NCBI GenBank assembly: GCA_973851085.1
Contig: OZ316775.1
Location: forward strand, 14,570,001-14,634,000
DNA length: 64,000 bases
From: Ptychomitrium polyphyllum
Lineage: Eukaryota
Direction: 5' to 3'
Shown: in pieces, positions 12,281-25,380 of the stretch
How the letters are laid out: every line of letters begins with the position of its first letter
Numbering within the stretch: position 1 is the first letter of the stretch
The notes under the pieces: model-generated
Told to the model about the DNA's origin: nothing
What the model saw: only the letters and a program-made list of their open reading frames with translations
The model's database searches: none
Position numbers and translations under genes: made by a program

Positions 12281-15200
12281 TCACTGTTTGAAGCAAGATC
12301 CCGGATCACGGGGTGAATCTCGACCGAATGCATAAGAGCCGCCCCAAAACACAGGTGCAGCTGGAATTCCTCGCCTGTTCAACAGACACCGAAAATCTTG
12401 GAACCTTCTCAGGGCTGGAGTGGCTCCTTGCTTCGTGAAATCCAGGCTGCTCCACAGGCGTTCTGGTCAAGCACAAGCAAACAATGGTGTGCGCGGAAGG
12501 TCAGTGGTCGAAGCTCCTGCGAACCATGCTCCCGAAAACCCGACCACACGCTACACGAACGCACAGCCCTCATCTGAGCAGAGAACTACCGGTTCCTGCT
12601 TCTGGGCTTCTCCCACTCCCTACCGTGCGCCAAACCCCAATGCACTCGATCACTCCCCACGCCAACTGCCTTACTGTGAGCAACAAACGACGACCCACAG
12701 GAAAATCGCCAAAACGCCACGGCACGCGGATAAACTCACGGAAGGGGCTTCACGGGAAGCCTCAGACGTACCTGCAGCACCTGCAGCACGAGGCCATATA
12801 GTTTGCAGGATGTTGGACTCATCCACGGTCTCGCCCCACATGCACACCTCCCCTCCTATCACGAGAGTCTGCTCGCCCGGGTCCGTTATGTTCACGAGGG
12901 GCTCGGTGTCGTACACTTTGTCCCACGCTGCGTCCAAGTGGTCCAGGTACCAGGTCGCTTGATCGCTGTGAATGCACCTGAATCCCTTCTTCACAGCTCT
13001 CCGGCAGGTCCCTCCCTGCAACCTGATTTCCACATTTCCATTCCGTCACATCATAACACGAAATACAATCCCGCCCACCTCCTCTACCAACGTGACGTGA
13101 TCCGTCTCCGAGTCCTCGATTGCCGGTTCCATCCCGGCCGTACGCGCACCCAGCGTATGCCCCTACTGGAGTGGACAAACGCCACGTCCACATCACAGAC
13201 CGAGCACCTTACTTGCCCTACCACCTCACCTCTTCCGCCGCACATCACCGTCTGTCGACAAACCTCCCACAGGCTACCAAACAAGCCCTATGCGAGTGCT
13301 CACAAATCAACCACAACAAAATGAGCTTCGCAGGATCACACGTCAGCTATCATACCAGTTGTGGACGACAGTATCCTGCTTCAGCTTCGATGAGAAAGCG
13401 TAGAACGTCTCCTCCCTGTTCCAACAATCCCGTTCAACCTCAGAACATTCCTCACACCTCCGCACTTCCCTCGACCTCCGCACACACAGCCACACTCGCA
13501 TGCCAAACAAGGAACCACGCAGGTTCGAGCCTCCTGGTATTGCCAGGCTCCACCGACTCTCGGACCTCAGCAAGGGCAACGGAGCGTTACCAGTTCACCG
13601 GCACGTAGCCATGCTCCACTGCAATCTCCTGAGCACGGACCACAAAGTCAGCGTAAGCGTCCTCGGTCGAGATGTTCCTGCTGTTCAACCTGCGCACATC
13701 CCGTGCCATCTGGATTCAGTTCCCAATCAAACAAACACCACCTCCACTACCGACAACAGCACCAGGGGAACCCGTGGGACCGTGCCTCCGGATCACGTGT
13801 TTCCCTGGGGACGATCATCGAGAGGGAACCTGTGCTCCATCTCATGCGAAGGCCTCGAAGCATCGAGCCCCCGTTCTATCGTGTGCTGCGCCCCTCAGCG
13901 CGAGGCCTTTACATGACCCGGTTGTGAACACAGCTCAAAGACATGGTGAGCCATCTAAACGTTCAACACAGCACCACCCTCAGATACTCCTCTCCCATAT
14001 CTGTTCAGACGTAGACGTAGCTGTCAGTGCGCGACAAAGTGTACGCACCAGCTCTTGATGTGGGAAGTCCGCTCCCAGCAACCTAAAATCATCCCACCAC
14101 AATGTCAACCAGGTGCCTCACGTCCGCCTTTCCCACCCACCCAGACGAAAACAGCATCCCACAACGATCACCTTGTCGCCGTCCCCACGGAACAGAATGG
14201 CGACAGAGTGCGACAACCGAAAGGTCCTCGCACCCAAACCATGCTGTACCGGTCATGTACATATCCACGCGCACTCTCAGAACGTACCAACACAGCCAAT
14301 AACATCGACTCTTCCCAATTTCGTCATCCTGGAGGCTACCGTCGAGTCGGAACAGTCAGCGTACCAACTCTCGGAGCAACCCATGGAAAGATCGACTGAC
14401 ATCGAGGACTCTGAGATCGCTGAGAATCAGCAAAAGGCACTTCCGTTCCTCGTCCGAGACAATGCCAGGATATACGACTTACTTGTGTCGACTTCGTCTC
14501 CACCCAGATGGGCGAACTTGAAAGGGAACACCGCTCGGAAATCTGCACATGTACCACACCAGGCGTCGTGAGAGGAGCATCAGGAAACCGGTGCTCCGGA
14601 GAAGGACACGAGCCTCTTCTGAGCACCAAGGTCCACACATGCCTGAACGTGTTCTCCTAGGCCCTCATAGGTGCTCATGCACCTCCGATCCGTGTACTTC
14701 CTGAGAGCAGGTCAACGACAAAAGGAACTGCACTCCAGTTCGCGGCACTCGCTAACACATGCTTGTCCGACACTCACATCGGATGCCTCATCAGTGACCA
14801 CGCAGTTACGTCCAGCTGTACAAACAAGCACAATGCGGATAGAAGGCCTCAAACTGGTGAACCAACGCACAACCTCCATTTCAAAGAAACCGCGATGGGA
14901 CCGGCTCAAACCTCCGATGATGCCGTTGATCACATCGAATGTGAAATTCTTGCTCACGTCCAGTGGCTCGATGCACTCCGATGCGGGCCACAGATCTGGG
15001 TATCCCACACCCCTGCACAGAACGTAACCCCGGAGTCAGACCACACCATCGGTGCAAGAAAAGCATAGATCACGACCCATACACAGTCGGAGGGACGATT
15101 GAGATGGCGCTGTACTTCATACACCGGCACCACAACGTGGTGAGCTCGGGGAACACTGTGCCGGATCGCTTCCAACGCAACGACGTTGGATCACGTCACA

Positions 15201-17881
15201 CGGTAACTCGAAGTCACGACAGGATCCCAAGTTTTGGCCCACAATGCACTGCAACATTCACAATTCTACCGTCTGAATGCCGTTGGCAAACAGACGTGGC
15301 TTGGCACATTCAACACTTGCAGTCACAATCGCCAGGCTGGGCTTACCAAGATGCTGCGTGACCGGGCACGTCCAACTCCGGCATCACATGTGTGCCTCTC
15401 AGACGCGCATATCTGGCCCAAACCCCCCGGTCAGTCAACACCGCGGCCCCATGCCGACAACACTCTCGCTTTCTCCTCGCCTTCAGGACCGACACAACGG
15501 AGCCTCGCCTTCTAACGACCAAGCTCCCCTGCATCGCCCTGTGGACAACAACTCTACCACAACCATGGCTACTTCGTCCCTGCAGCGGTCACAAACCCGA
15601 TGCGGAAAAAACCACAATGATGCCGCCCCTCCAAACAGCCCAGAAAGTGGTGGATCCATACTCCACAATCTCGCGGGCGTCGTCCATGGTGTAGCGCTCC
15701 GCATACGAGTAGGCACCCTTCCAAAGCAACGGGTACGACGGAATCTCGATGGGAAATGACTGCTCATCCACGATGTGCCAATGCAGAACGTTCTGCAAAT
15801 CACCGTCGCGTTCACGTTAGTCTCTCTCCCCGCTCTCCACGGACGTGCCCACTTCGACAGTCCTCGCCGTCCCAAGAACCAGCAAGCACGTCAGCCAACC
15901 CGGGACACCACACTACTCCGCCTCACCAGAGGCGGCATCCTTCCTCCAGAAACAACAGAGTAGGAAATGGACTTACGAGTTTCGAGTACGCCATGGAGTC
16001 CAGCACGCGTTTGATGGACGACACGGGCTGGTAATGACGAGAAGTATCTGACCAACGCCACAGTATCAGTACACCAAGACGATCACCAAATCTACCCCGA
16101 CCACGCCACCACAGCCAACCGCATACAAGGACAAGCGACACAATCCGTTTCCCAGCCGATCCTCCATGTGACCGCCCATCTGTCGACAAGGACGACGCAT
16201 GACTGACCGAGGCAGAAGTCAATACCGATGAGAAGCCCGCGGTATGCGAACCGGGGGAAGTCTCTGACCACGTACGGCGTCCTGCTGATTTGCACCGACT
16301 TTGCATTGAAGTTGAACGTCGTCAGCTGGCTGAACGTCTACACATGGACCAGTCCCTGCAGGGGCATAGTTAGACCGTTCCCCCCGTGTTGCGCAACCCA
16401 CACACACGCACCCAAACCTTGCCCACATACTACAGAACCACCCAGTGCCACCACACTCGACGCAGATCACTGCGCATCCTGAAGTGTTCCATCAGTCGCT
16501 GCAGCAAACAAATGCTTCACCAGTCCGTGAGTGAGGGACGAACCTCGAGACCACGAAGCGCTCCGTAAACAGTCCGCGCCTGCCAAGCCCACGCACTTGT
16601 CAGCTCATCGTCAAAAGAACGTGTCCGTCTGCAACCTCTCACAACATCAACTCCCATCTCCACAAACAGGTCACGTCGATCGCGTCCTCGGCCGTCCTTT
16701 GCACAGACAAGAGCCATAGCTCTCAGATGCCACTCTCAATTCTCCCCGCATGCCACAGGAACAGGGAGCCATATGCATCATGCTGTGATCGAATTGGTCA
16801 GCGCCAGCACCGGTCACTCACTTCAAGGGAGGCCACGTTGTTGCTGTCCGAGGATTCGGGAATAGCCAGCGTGTAGGACTCGTCCACTCCGTATTGTAGC
16901 TGCACACAATTGGCGGTCAGGTATGCTTTTCAGAGAATGTACAACGCTGAGATCTCCAGAGACTCTCATACTCCAGGCACCTTCGGTTCCTACTCCTTGC
17001 GGAGCACGGTGCTTGGAAGGTGACAACCAGCGGGGTGAGTGTCCCATCGAGGATACACAGTTCCCCGTTCTCTGTCCACCCTCCGCATACCTTCTGAACG
17101 GTCACTACATGGAGAATGAGGAAACACCTTTTGATGAAAATTAGACTGCACGAATTTTTTAGTGATATTCTTCTGCTTGCATTTCATAATCAAAGAAAAA
17201 CCCCTCTTGTGGGATCACAAATACCTGCAACGATTTCTACAATCGATTTGTCCTACTGTCAGTCCTCGCAGTGGAGAGTGCTACAGGTTACAGGTTTTTG
17301 TGGACGGATTATAGTATGTTGACTTTACCTGCCCTGACCCCGAGTACATTCAAACAACATCCTCTGTTTGTCTTATACATCCTTACAATGCAGCTTGCTT
17401 ACAAAACGAGCCACCGCAACGCAAATTGAAGAAGAGAAACCCCTACCTTTTCATCCCCGGAGCCAAGAGTGACGACGAGCTTCGTGAGCGCATCCTTCGA
17501 GGGCGATGGGTCCCAACTCTGGGCGTGGTGCGAGAAGATGACGTCGTAGTACCGCACGAACGCTTTCGCAAGAGTATCCGGCACAGCAGTCCCGTTCGCA
17601 ACATACTCAAACCGAAAATTCCCTCTTTTCAGCATTACCCTGCCGTCGCCATGCGAGACCGAAACAGGCATGGGCCAAATCTTCACATCGTCTTTGTCGT
17701 CCTTCTCCGGCTTCATGCTACCCACCTCCTCCAAAGCCCCATCTCGCGACGCATGCACATGCCACTCCCCATCTGCGTCAAGAATCGACCACAACTTCGG
17801 CCTCGGCGTCCCGTTCCCTCCCACTCTGCCCACCACACAAAAAAGAAAAACCACGACCGCAATGGCGATGACCCTCTCCAT
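12281..17881 (-). CDS. HEXO: Beta-hexosaminidase (glycoside hydrolase family 20), HEXO1/HEXO3-like, 14 exons, ~571 aa
   Basis: Exons 17447-17881, 16822-16899, 16544-16579, 16226-16337, 15977-16047, 15662-15792, 15347-15412, 14912-15012, 14483-14542, 14049-14082, 13591-13689, 13356-13415, 12772-13022, 12281-12462. All are GT-AG and sum to 1716 nt in frame. Motifs: N-terminal hydrophobic segment, GVDESYTL, RGLLIDTSRHY, NVLHWHIVDEQSFP, PELDVPGH, HLGGDE, GGEVCMWGE, WPRAA, PGSCFKQ*. Confidence 0.95.
14948..17096. repeat. Second copy of the 470-2660 repeat (inside the intact HEXO gene, exon 8 to intron 1)
   Basis: Direct sequence match to 470-2660 minus the 42-bp tandem duplication. Confidence 0.97.
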
Positions 17882-19620
17882 CTCTCGAACCGAAAACTCC
17901 CTTCCTTGCACACAACCCCAAAAGGCTCATCACCCACTCTCCCCTAACTTCGAAAACAACACCGCACCCACCACCACCGATCCCAAGAACAGAACTTTAC
18001 CATCCCACATCGATTCTCCAAGCTTGGATCGGTATCACACGACTCCCTCTGACACTCATCGCTGACAAGCCCATAGCGTCTACCCCTGCAAATCAACTTA
18101 ACCAGGAATACTGATGAGAATCGGCCACTTGCCAGAGTGGTGCGCCAAAATTGCAGTTCCGGTAGTATCCGGCTGCGTTACCCTGACCCGGCTACTAAAC
18201 TTAGCATAACCTAAGCTCATCAAAGCTGTGGGCTTTCGTTTCCTGTTTAGCAAATGAGGAGGGGATTTTGGGGGGATCCGTTAGACCCCCCGTGCTAGGC
18301 TTTTGCTGTTGCTGCTGCGCTGCTACTCCCGCCGTGCTTTCCAAACCAACACTGTTATGCGGTGCCCAACAACTTCAACGCCGCTTCGTCGTTGCTGCAA
18401 GGGATTATTTTCATCTCCGACATCGTATACCTCCGTTTGTCTGCACCACCGACATTTCTCGAGCATTGGGTAGGTGAGAGAGAGACAGAGTGAGGGAGTG
18501 AGAGAGATCTGTTGTGTTGGTTGACAGCCTCCATTTGGGTTCTACTTCGTAGCTTCAGTTTCTGATGGGGTGCATTGGGTGTGAGAGTCGTCGTGTGGTT
18601 TTTGAGCGCGTGATGACCAGTATGGTTGGGTGTGCAACTGCTTCGGTTGTTCGCTCCGGCGCTCTGACAGGGAAATGGAGAGAGTCGTCGTGATATAGAT
18701 CTGCAGTTCGTTTTCAGTTTGATGACTGTTTGGTTGTTTGAGAGATAGCGCCTGTGAGTGGGCGACTTGGGTTGGGTTCTGCTGTGGGTCTGCGAGATTG
18801 TTTTCCTCCTCTGCATGTTGATAAACCCTGTGAAGAAGTGCTGGGGACGGTATCGTCGTCAGGGAGCCCATTGTGTGGCACTAAGGTTGGTGTGCGTTGT
18901 TTGCCTATTTGGGCTGGACGGAGAAGACCACACAGCCAGTTAGTTGTCGGAAGGAAGGATCTGACTCTGTGTGTGTTGCGCGACTGGCTGGTAGGGATCT
19001 TAAACCAATGCGGCTGCGGGGGAGGATAGACGTGATTCTCGCACAACATCAGCTCGAGGAGAACGATGGACGATAACTCTTCACCCACAAGGAATTCTGT
19101 TGCGTTTGTAGAGTAGGGAGCTTCATCACTGCGTCGTCGTTGTGGCGGTGGTCGAAATCGTTCTTCAACCACGAGCGATCGCCGAAAGCGCACCAAAAGC
19201 GCTCACTGTCGCTCGAGGTTCAAATCCTGGCTTGATCTGTACCGTGCGGAAGGTAAAGATTTCCTTTTAGTCATAGTGAGAGCGTTGTCTCTTTGATTTT
19301 GTACTCTTGATTGTGCAGCTTAAGGCATGGTTCTGTTCCGGAAAGCCAGTAGTGATAGATATAGTACTGTAGTAAGGTCCTGCTATCCCAGCACTTTTGT
19401 TGTCCATGGTAGGAATGCAGTGTCACTTTTAGTTCTGGCATGTGCCCTCTACTGCTTGAGTATACTTTCCTGAACAAACAGGCATGTTTTAGTTTACTTT
19501 TGCATGTGAATTCCCAAAATATTAGGGCTCTGAACGTTTAGATAAAGTGTTTGCAGAGGAAACCAAGCGGTAGGATTGTTTGAAGCGTTTTTTAATTGAG
19601 CGTGCTTCAGCTTGCGAGCC

Positions 19621-22600
19621 ATGGCACCATCTGCGTCTCCTCAGGCGGAGGGTCCGAGGTCGAGGATTACTACGTCGAGCGAGCTCGGAAATCCAATACC
19701 ACGGGTGAAGGTTGATTTAACAGGTAAGTGGAAGGATTTCTTTTGTCTCGGTGTCATATGTTCATTTGGTCATTTGTATCTTCTTTCGATTTCTCTTTCC
19801 ACTTTTGTATCACCCTTGTTGATTGATAATTCAGCTCCTTGCTGTGATGTCGTTAAAGGGATAGTGGAGATTATTTTTCCAGGATACGATTAGGTCCGTG
19901 TGCGCCCTTTTGTGGACTTGCTTATCCATTTCGTTGCTTTCAACCGTGCAGAGGATGACTTTCGAGAATCAGCATATGAAATCTTGCTGGCAAACATTGG
20001 AACCACAGCTTTAAGTGCAAGGAGTGTGGGATCCGCGCGGTCTAAACCCGAAAAATCCATGACAGCAGTAGCTGCTAGCCGCATGAAAAAAGCTCTTGGT
20101 CTCAAAACGAAGACTGCCGCATATAAGAGAACAGGAAAGGCACGTACAACGGCGGAGCTTATGCGGGATCAAATGCTGATTCCTGAGGCTGTTGATATGA
20201 GGACACGGCGCGCCCTTTCTCGTGCTGCAGCTGGTCAGGTAAAGGAATCTGATTGCTCAATAATTCAGCTCTTACAATCCTTACCTACAGTGGTGAGTTA
20301 CAGGGTCTGGATTGTTCTGAATTAGAAAGCATGTCTTTAAGGTCAAGGAGAGAATTTTGGAAGTTGAGCTAACAGGACTATGTATTGACGGATTCGCCAG
20401 GCTAGCAAGCGTACCGAACTCATGCTGGTCCCTCTTGAGCTACTCCAAAACATTCCAGCCTCAACGTTCGCTGACAATTCGGAGCACTCCCGTTGGTTGA
20501 AACGACAGCTTCGGGTCTTGGAAGCAGGGCTTCTCGCCCACCCCCTCGTCCGAGGAGATTCTCAAGGAGTGGATGCTCTTCGTCTTCGGCAATGCTTGAA
20601 GGAAATGTACAGCAGGGGTTCAGACACGGGCAAGAACACTGAGAGCATTCAAGCGTTACGAAGCGCAGCCATGACGCGCGCCACCAGGCCTTATAATGGG
20701 GAAACAGACGAGGACATTCTCCACTGGGTGGACGGGTATCCTTTGAATGCTAACCTCTATGCTGCGCTTCTGGGTTCCTGTTTTGACACCTTTGAAGAAG
20801 GGACCGTGCTTGAGGAACTAGATGACTTGATGGAGATGATTAAGAAAACCTGGGGAGTGCTGGGAATAGACAACCTCACGCATAATATGCTTTTCATGTG
20901 GGTTCTCTTCCGCCAATATGTAATCACAGGGCAAACGGAAGTCGATCTTCTGGGTGCCGCGGATAGCCAGATGACAGAAATTGTAAAGGATTATAAGAAC
21001 TCACGTCCTGAGCAGTGGAACCTTTTGCACGCAATTTTGACCACTATCCAGTCGTGGGCAGAGAGGCGTCTCTTGGCGTATCATGATTCGTTTCCTGAGG
21101 GTGCGGGCGGACTTTTGACGAAGATTCTGTCTTTGGCTGTGCAATCTGCCGAGATTATAGGCAATTATGACATCTTTATAGATAAGAAACGTAGGCAAAA
21201 GACTCCGCCCAATATTGTTATTGGAACGGTAGACCTGTACGTTCGGTCATCCATTCGGACTGCATTTGCACAGGTACACAGTGAACTTCACAGTCGCTCT
21301 CTTGTAGTAAGAGTTAGTCGTAAATTTAGTTGTAACTAAATGTAACCATGTGCGCAGATGATGGAGGACGTGGATTCAAGGAGAAAGGCAGCTGAGGAGC
21401 CCATACCAGCTCTGGCACAGCTTGCAAAGGATACGTTGGCACTTGCAAATAAGGAACTGGAGCTTTACAGTCCTTCGTTGAAGGAGTGGCATCCGTATGC
21501 AGGAGGGGTTGCTGCAGCAACTCTACATGCTTGTTATACTAGGGAAATAAAGCAGTATATGTCAGGGGTGACTGCCTTGACTCCAGATACAGTGCAAGTC
21601 TTGGAGGCTGCTGATCAGCTAGAGAAGTCCTTAGTTCAAATCGCTGTTGAAGATGGAGTGGAAGCGGAAGATGGAGGGAAGGCATTGATCAGGGAAATGC
21701 CTCCTTTTGAAGCTGACAGAGCAGTGGGCGATTTAGCCAGGAAATGGGTTGAAGAAAGACTGGAAATGCTGGGAGAAATGGTGACTCGCAATGTCGAGCA
21801 GGAGGTATTTTCTTCTTTCATTTCACTTTCTGCGTAATTGGTGACATTTGATCTCATTAACCCATATGCCTTACCTTTACAGTGACTTACAAAAAAAAAT
21901 TCCTGGGTGCTATTCCTTTGGCTTGTGTCAGAGGTGGGAGTCTGATTCTATGAAAGAGCGTTATGCTCAATCGGCGGTGGAGCTTCTTCGTATTGTCGAT
22001 GAAACACTCGACGCGTATTTTGCACTCCCTGTATCTCAGTTTTCGGACTTGCTTCAAGACTTAGTAAATGGTCTAGATATCCATCTACAAAATTATGCCA
22101 CACAAGCAATTGGTTCCTGTGGTAAGCCTTACCTCGTTGTAATTTGTTCAGTTCAGTGTAGCAACGAAACGATTATTGTAATATTCAATGAAACGGGTTT
22201 AGTTTTTAATCATACTTACGGTAATTCTATCTATGTTTCACTGTATTCCAGTTGTTTTTATCCATTTGGTCATCCTGTTGCTAGAACTGAATTCAGATGG
22301 TCTATACTTTCATCCTTGTAGGTAACTCAATAAACCATTGTATGATGTTGATTTTCCAGGTTCCAAAGATGCACTTATTCCAGTGATCCCTCCTCTCACA
22401 CGTTGCAAGACCAAAACGTCATGGTTCGGAAAGGGAAAAAGTGAGGGAAAAGGCATCAGATCTAGGGTCGCTCAACGGAAGGCACCTACCTCAAATGAAA
22501 TTTTCAACTTGCCACACCTTTGTGTGCGTATGAATACACTTCATTATCTCAATGCGGAAGTCGAATCCGTTGAGAAGAAAATAAGATTTGGGTTTCAAAA

Positions 22601-23294
22601 GGAACCCACTCTATCTAGTCATCAGCCTTCTATGCATCCAAGTGAAGAAACAGTCGACAGTAATTTATACCGGACCCGAGGTTTATTGAAGGAGGGTATT
22701 GACAAGCTCATGGAGATCGCAGCATACAGGGTGGTTTTCGTTGATTTGAAGTCTGTTATATGGGACGGGCTTTACATAGGAGGTGTAGCAAATGCTAGGA
22801 TAAGTGCAGTAATTGAGGAGCTGGACGTCCAGCTAGGCATTATTTCAGAGAGTTCAGCAGAGCGGTTGAGGAATCGAGTAATAGGTGCACTTATGCGCGC
22901 ATGCTTCGAGGGGCTAATGCTTGTTCTGATGGCAGCTGGTCCAGCTCGATCCTTTACTGTTAGTGATGCAAGTATGCTACAGGAAGATCTTGAGAGTTTG
23001 AAGGATCTGTTCGTAGCAGATGGAGATGGACTGCCTGCAGATAAGGTGGACAGAGAAGCATCCTTGGCAGCTGAAATAGTGTCCTTATTTTCTCTTTCAA
23101 CCACTGAGCTGATTCAGAGATTCAACACCGCTAATGGAAACGGGAAAGGTGGATCAAAGCCCTCTTTGCCGCCTACAACGGGTAATTGGAGTAAATCTGA
23201 CCCTGATACATTGTTGCGGGTACTCTGCTATCGAGGCGATGACCCGGCTTCAAAGTATTTGAAGAGGACCTTCCGGTTACCAAAGAACGAATAG
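19621..23294 (+). CDS. Protein unc-13 homolog (Munc13-like, DUF810/MHD; PATROL1 family), 6 coding exons, ~944 aa
   Basis: Exons 19621-19723, 19952-20238, 20401-21273, 21358-21804, 21932-22121, 22360-23294 sum to 2835 nt in frame. Family-typical segments: EDDFRESAYEILLA, MLVPLELLQ, WLKRQLRVLEAGL, HWVDGYPLN, LCVRMNTLHY, WSKSDPDTLLRVLCYRGDDPASKYLKRTFRLPK. A non-coding leader exon probably ends at ~19252, with its intron ending at 19610. Confidence 0.92.
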
Positions 23295-24639
23295 GTATGC
23301 AGAATTAAGAACTTGATTCTGTCTTTGAAAAATTCGGAAGTTGAGTGGGAAGTTCAGATGAAAATTCTGGAATTTATTCTGGTTTTGTTTATGCCTGGTT
23401 TGTGGATTCTCTGTATTTGTCCTAAATACAGTTTTTGATGCAACAGGTTTTCAAGTTTTCCTTGATGACAGTTGGTGTTACTAATTTTATTTTGGTGAGT
23501 ACCACTTTCTGGTTAAGATCCCAATTGATTATCTACTTAGATCCCATTAACAATCTGAATTGCGTGAGCATTAATCAATGAACTTTTCTGCATTTTAGTT
23601 TTCTGATCTGCCTTCGCTTTTTTGAGTAGCGTTTGAACATAGACACCTGATTCCTGCTTCTGAGTTTACGCTCGCCCTTGCTGAAATACAGATTTTTACA
23701 TTCATCCAAGGGCATCAGCAAGTTTCAGCTGATTGTACAACTATTTGAAGTCTTTCACACTGGGTGATATGTTGCAAGAGGCTTGGCCCAACTTCTTCTG
23801 GCTAGGGCTCGCTCTTTGTAAGTAATTTACTTCTGTCTATATTCTTTCAAGATACACAACAAAGAGGCTCGTTTGGCGACTAAATTCCACTATTCATCTT
23901 GTTGGTCGAATTGATGGGTTTTTTCACATCCAATGTGAAATCGAAGGTGTAATTTGGGCTGACGAGGGGGTCTGTTGGTTCGAGTCCTTATTCATTATGT
24001 GCAGATTGCTATTTCAACCTTACGGGCTGTGAGCTCTAGAAACCACTTCGAAGGTTGCTTGTCTTTTTTGCCTATGATGCAGTTCTGGGATTCATGTACA
24101 TATCCTATTTCTCTAGCCGCTTTCACATCAACTGTGCCATCGTAAAAGAACTCTTGTGGAGGTTACCATCCAACTTGAACACAAGATTTGCAATGAATGT
24201 CAGGGTTCTAAACTGGCAAAGCACTTGTCAAATGATCAGACCAATAACCACATTCCAAACGAGGGTTGTACACAGAGAGCCAGCGAGCTGTGTAGGCTAT
24301 TAGCTTTTCTCCATGGAGTAAACTAGTGGGTGTGACTTCACTGAATCCTATATATCTGTCTGCATTCTTAATCTCAGTTAGGTTGGTGGTGGAACCTCAA
24401 GTTGCGTACCGCAAAGAGCTCTAGTCACCTCATTTCAGGCACTCTACTGGTAACTTGCTCGTTGTCTTTATATCCGTTTTCTAAGGCTTGCGTGATCAAT
24501 GTGCGAAAGAATGGTAAGCAGTTCGAACACTCTAGTCTAACATTTACTCTTTTAGAGATGCCCTAAAGGCAAGAGGCGGTGGTTAAGTCCTGAGTGGTCA
24601 TGGACATCATGTTAAGGTTGCAGCTAGAGGTGCGAGAAC

Positions 24640-25380
24640 AGTTAATTCTCGACATCATTGAGAGTGCTAGCTCGCCTTCCTGTCGATGCTATTTGCCGCT
24701 TCTGGCTGGTTTGCAAGGCATGGACCATCTGATTACTCGTCATCGATTTGCGTCCCTTTCTGCTCTTGGGCCTCAGCGTGCATTCTTCGCCCTTACCACG
24801 CCCAGGCTGATGGAGTTTCGTGCACACGGGCGATGGAATTGGAAAATTATGGACATGGCCGACAACCTGGTTTTCACCCTCAGCGATTCTTTCACTGTTG
24901 ATTATTTGGGTAGCAGACTGAGCACGAGAGAGCGCGTTCAATACGGTGGGTGAAGTACACTCTGGCCTCTAATGGAGGCCTCATCCTTGCAATCTATGCA
25001 TATGGACAGGGAGCTGGACGCCATATCTTATGCAAACCTGTGATAAAGAACTTCCACCAAATTAGGGCACCCATATACCATTTCTCATATGATCACTGTG
25101 ATGCTGTTGTCATCTGAGTGGACAAATCTACACAAGGCTACAAGGTCGTAACCGTGGACACACATTAGTGCATATATATATGGGGTGACACATAGAAGGC
25201 AGTCTATGAATGTAATTCCACAACTGTGAAATGGAGCAAGCTCTGCAAAGTGTCTACTAGATATTGTTTCTACCCCCTCATTTACATTTACTCCTAAGGG
25301 CGCACACTTCTTCTGTGGACGTGTCCTTCAACTGATGCTGTGTGATTTAGAGACTGGTGCATGGAGCAACATTGATTTGG
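24640..25380 (+). pseudogene. F-box (kelch-like/F-box-associated) pseudogene
   Basis: F-box motif RVLARLPVDAICRFWLVCKAW at ~24662-24724 with frameshifts on both sides. Downstream segments TLASNGGLIL...LCKPVIKNF and AVYECNSTTVKWSKL are typical of plant F-box-associated domains. Stops and frameshifts are present, and the end coordinate is approximate. Confidence 0.78.

Noticed and set aside
12281..17096. Horizontal transfer or contamination as the cause of the GC-rich block
   Set aside because: The block encodes a plant-type HEXO with canonical spliceosomal introns and is continuous with exon 1 and the AT-rich flanks.
17399..17911. HEXO start at 17911 as given by the ORF track
   Set aside because: That codon is GTG. 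The first in-frame ATG, preceding the hydrophobic segment, is at 17881.
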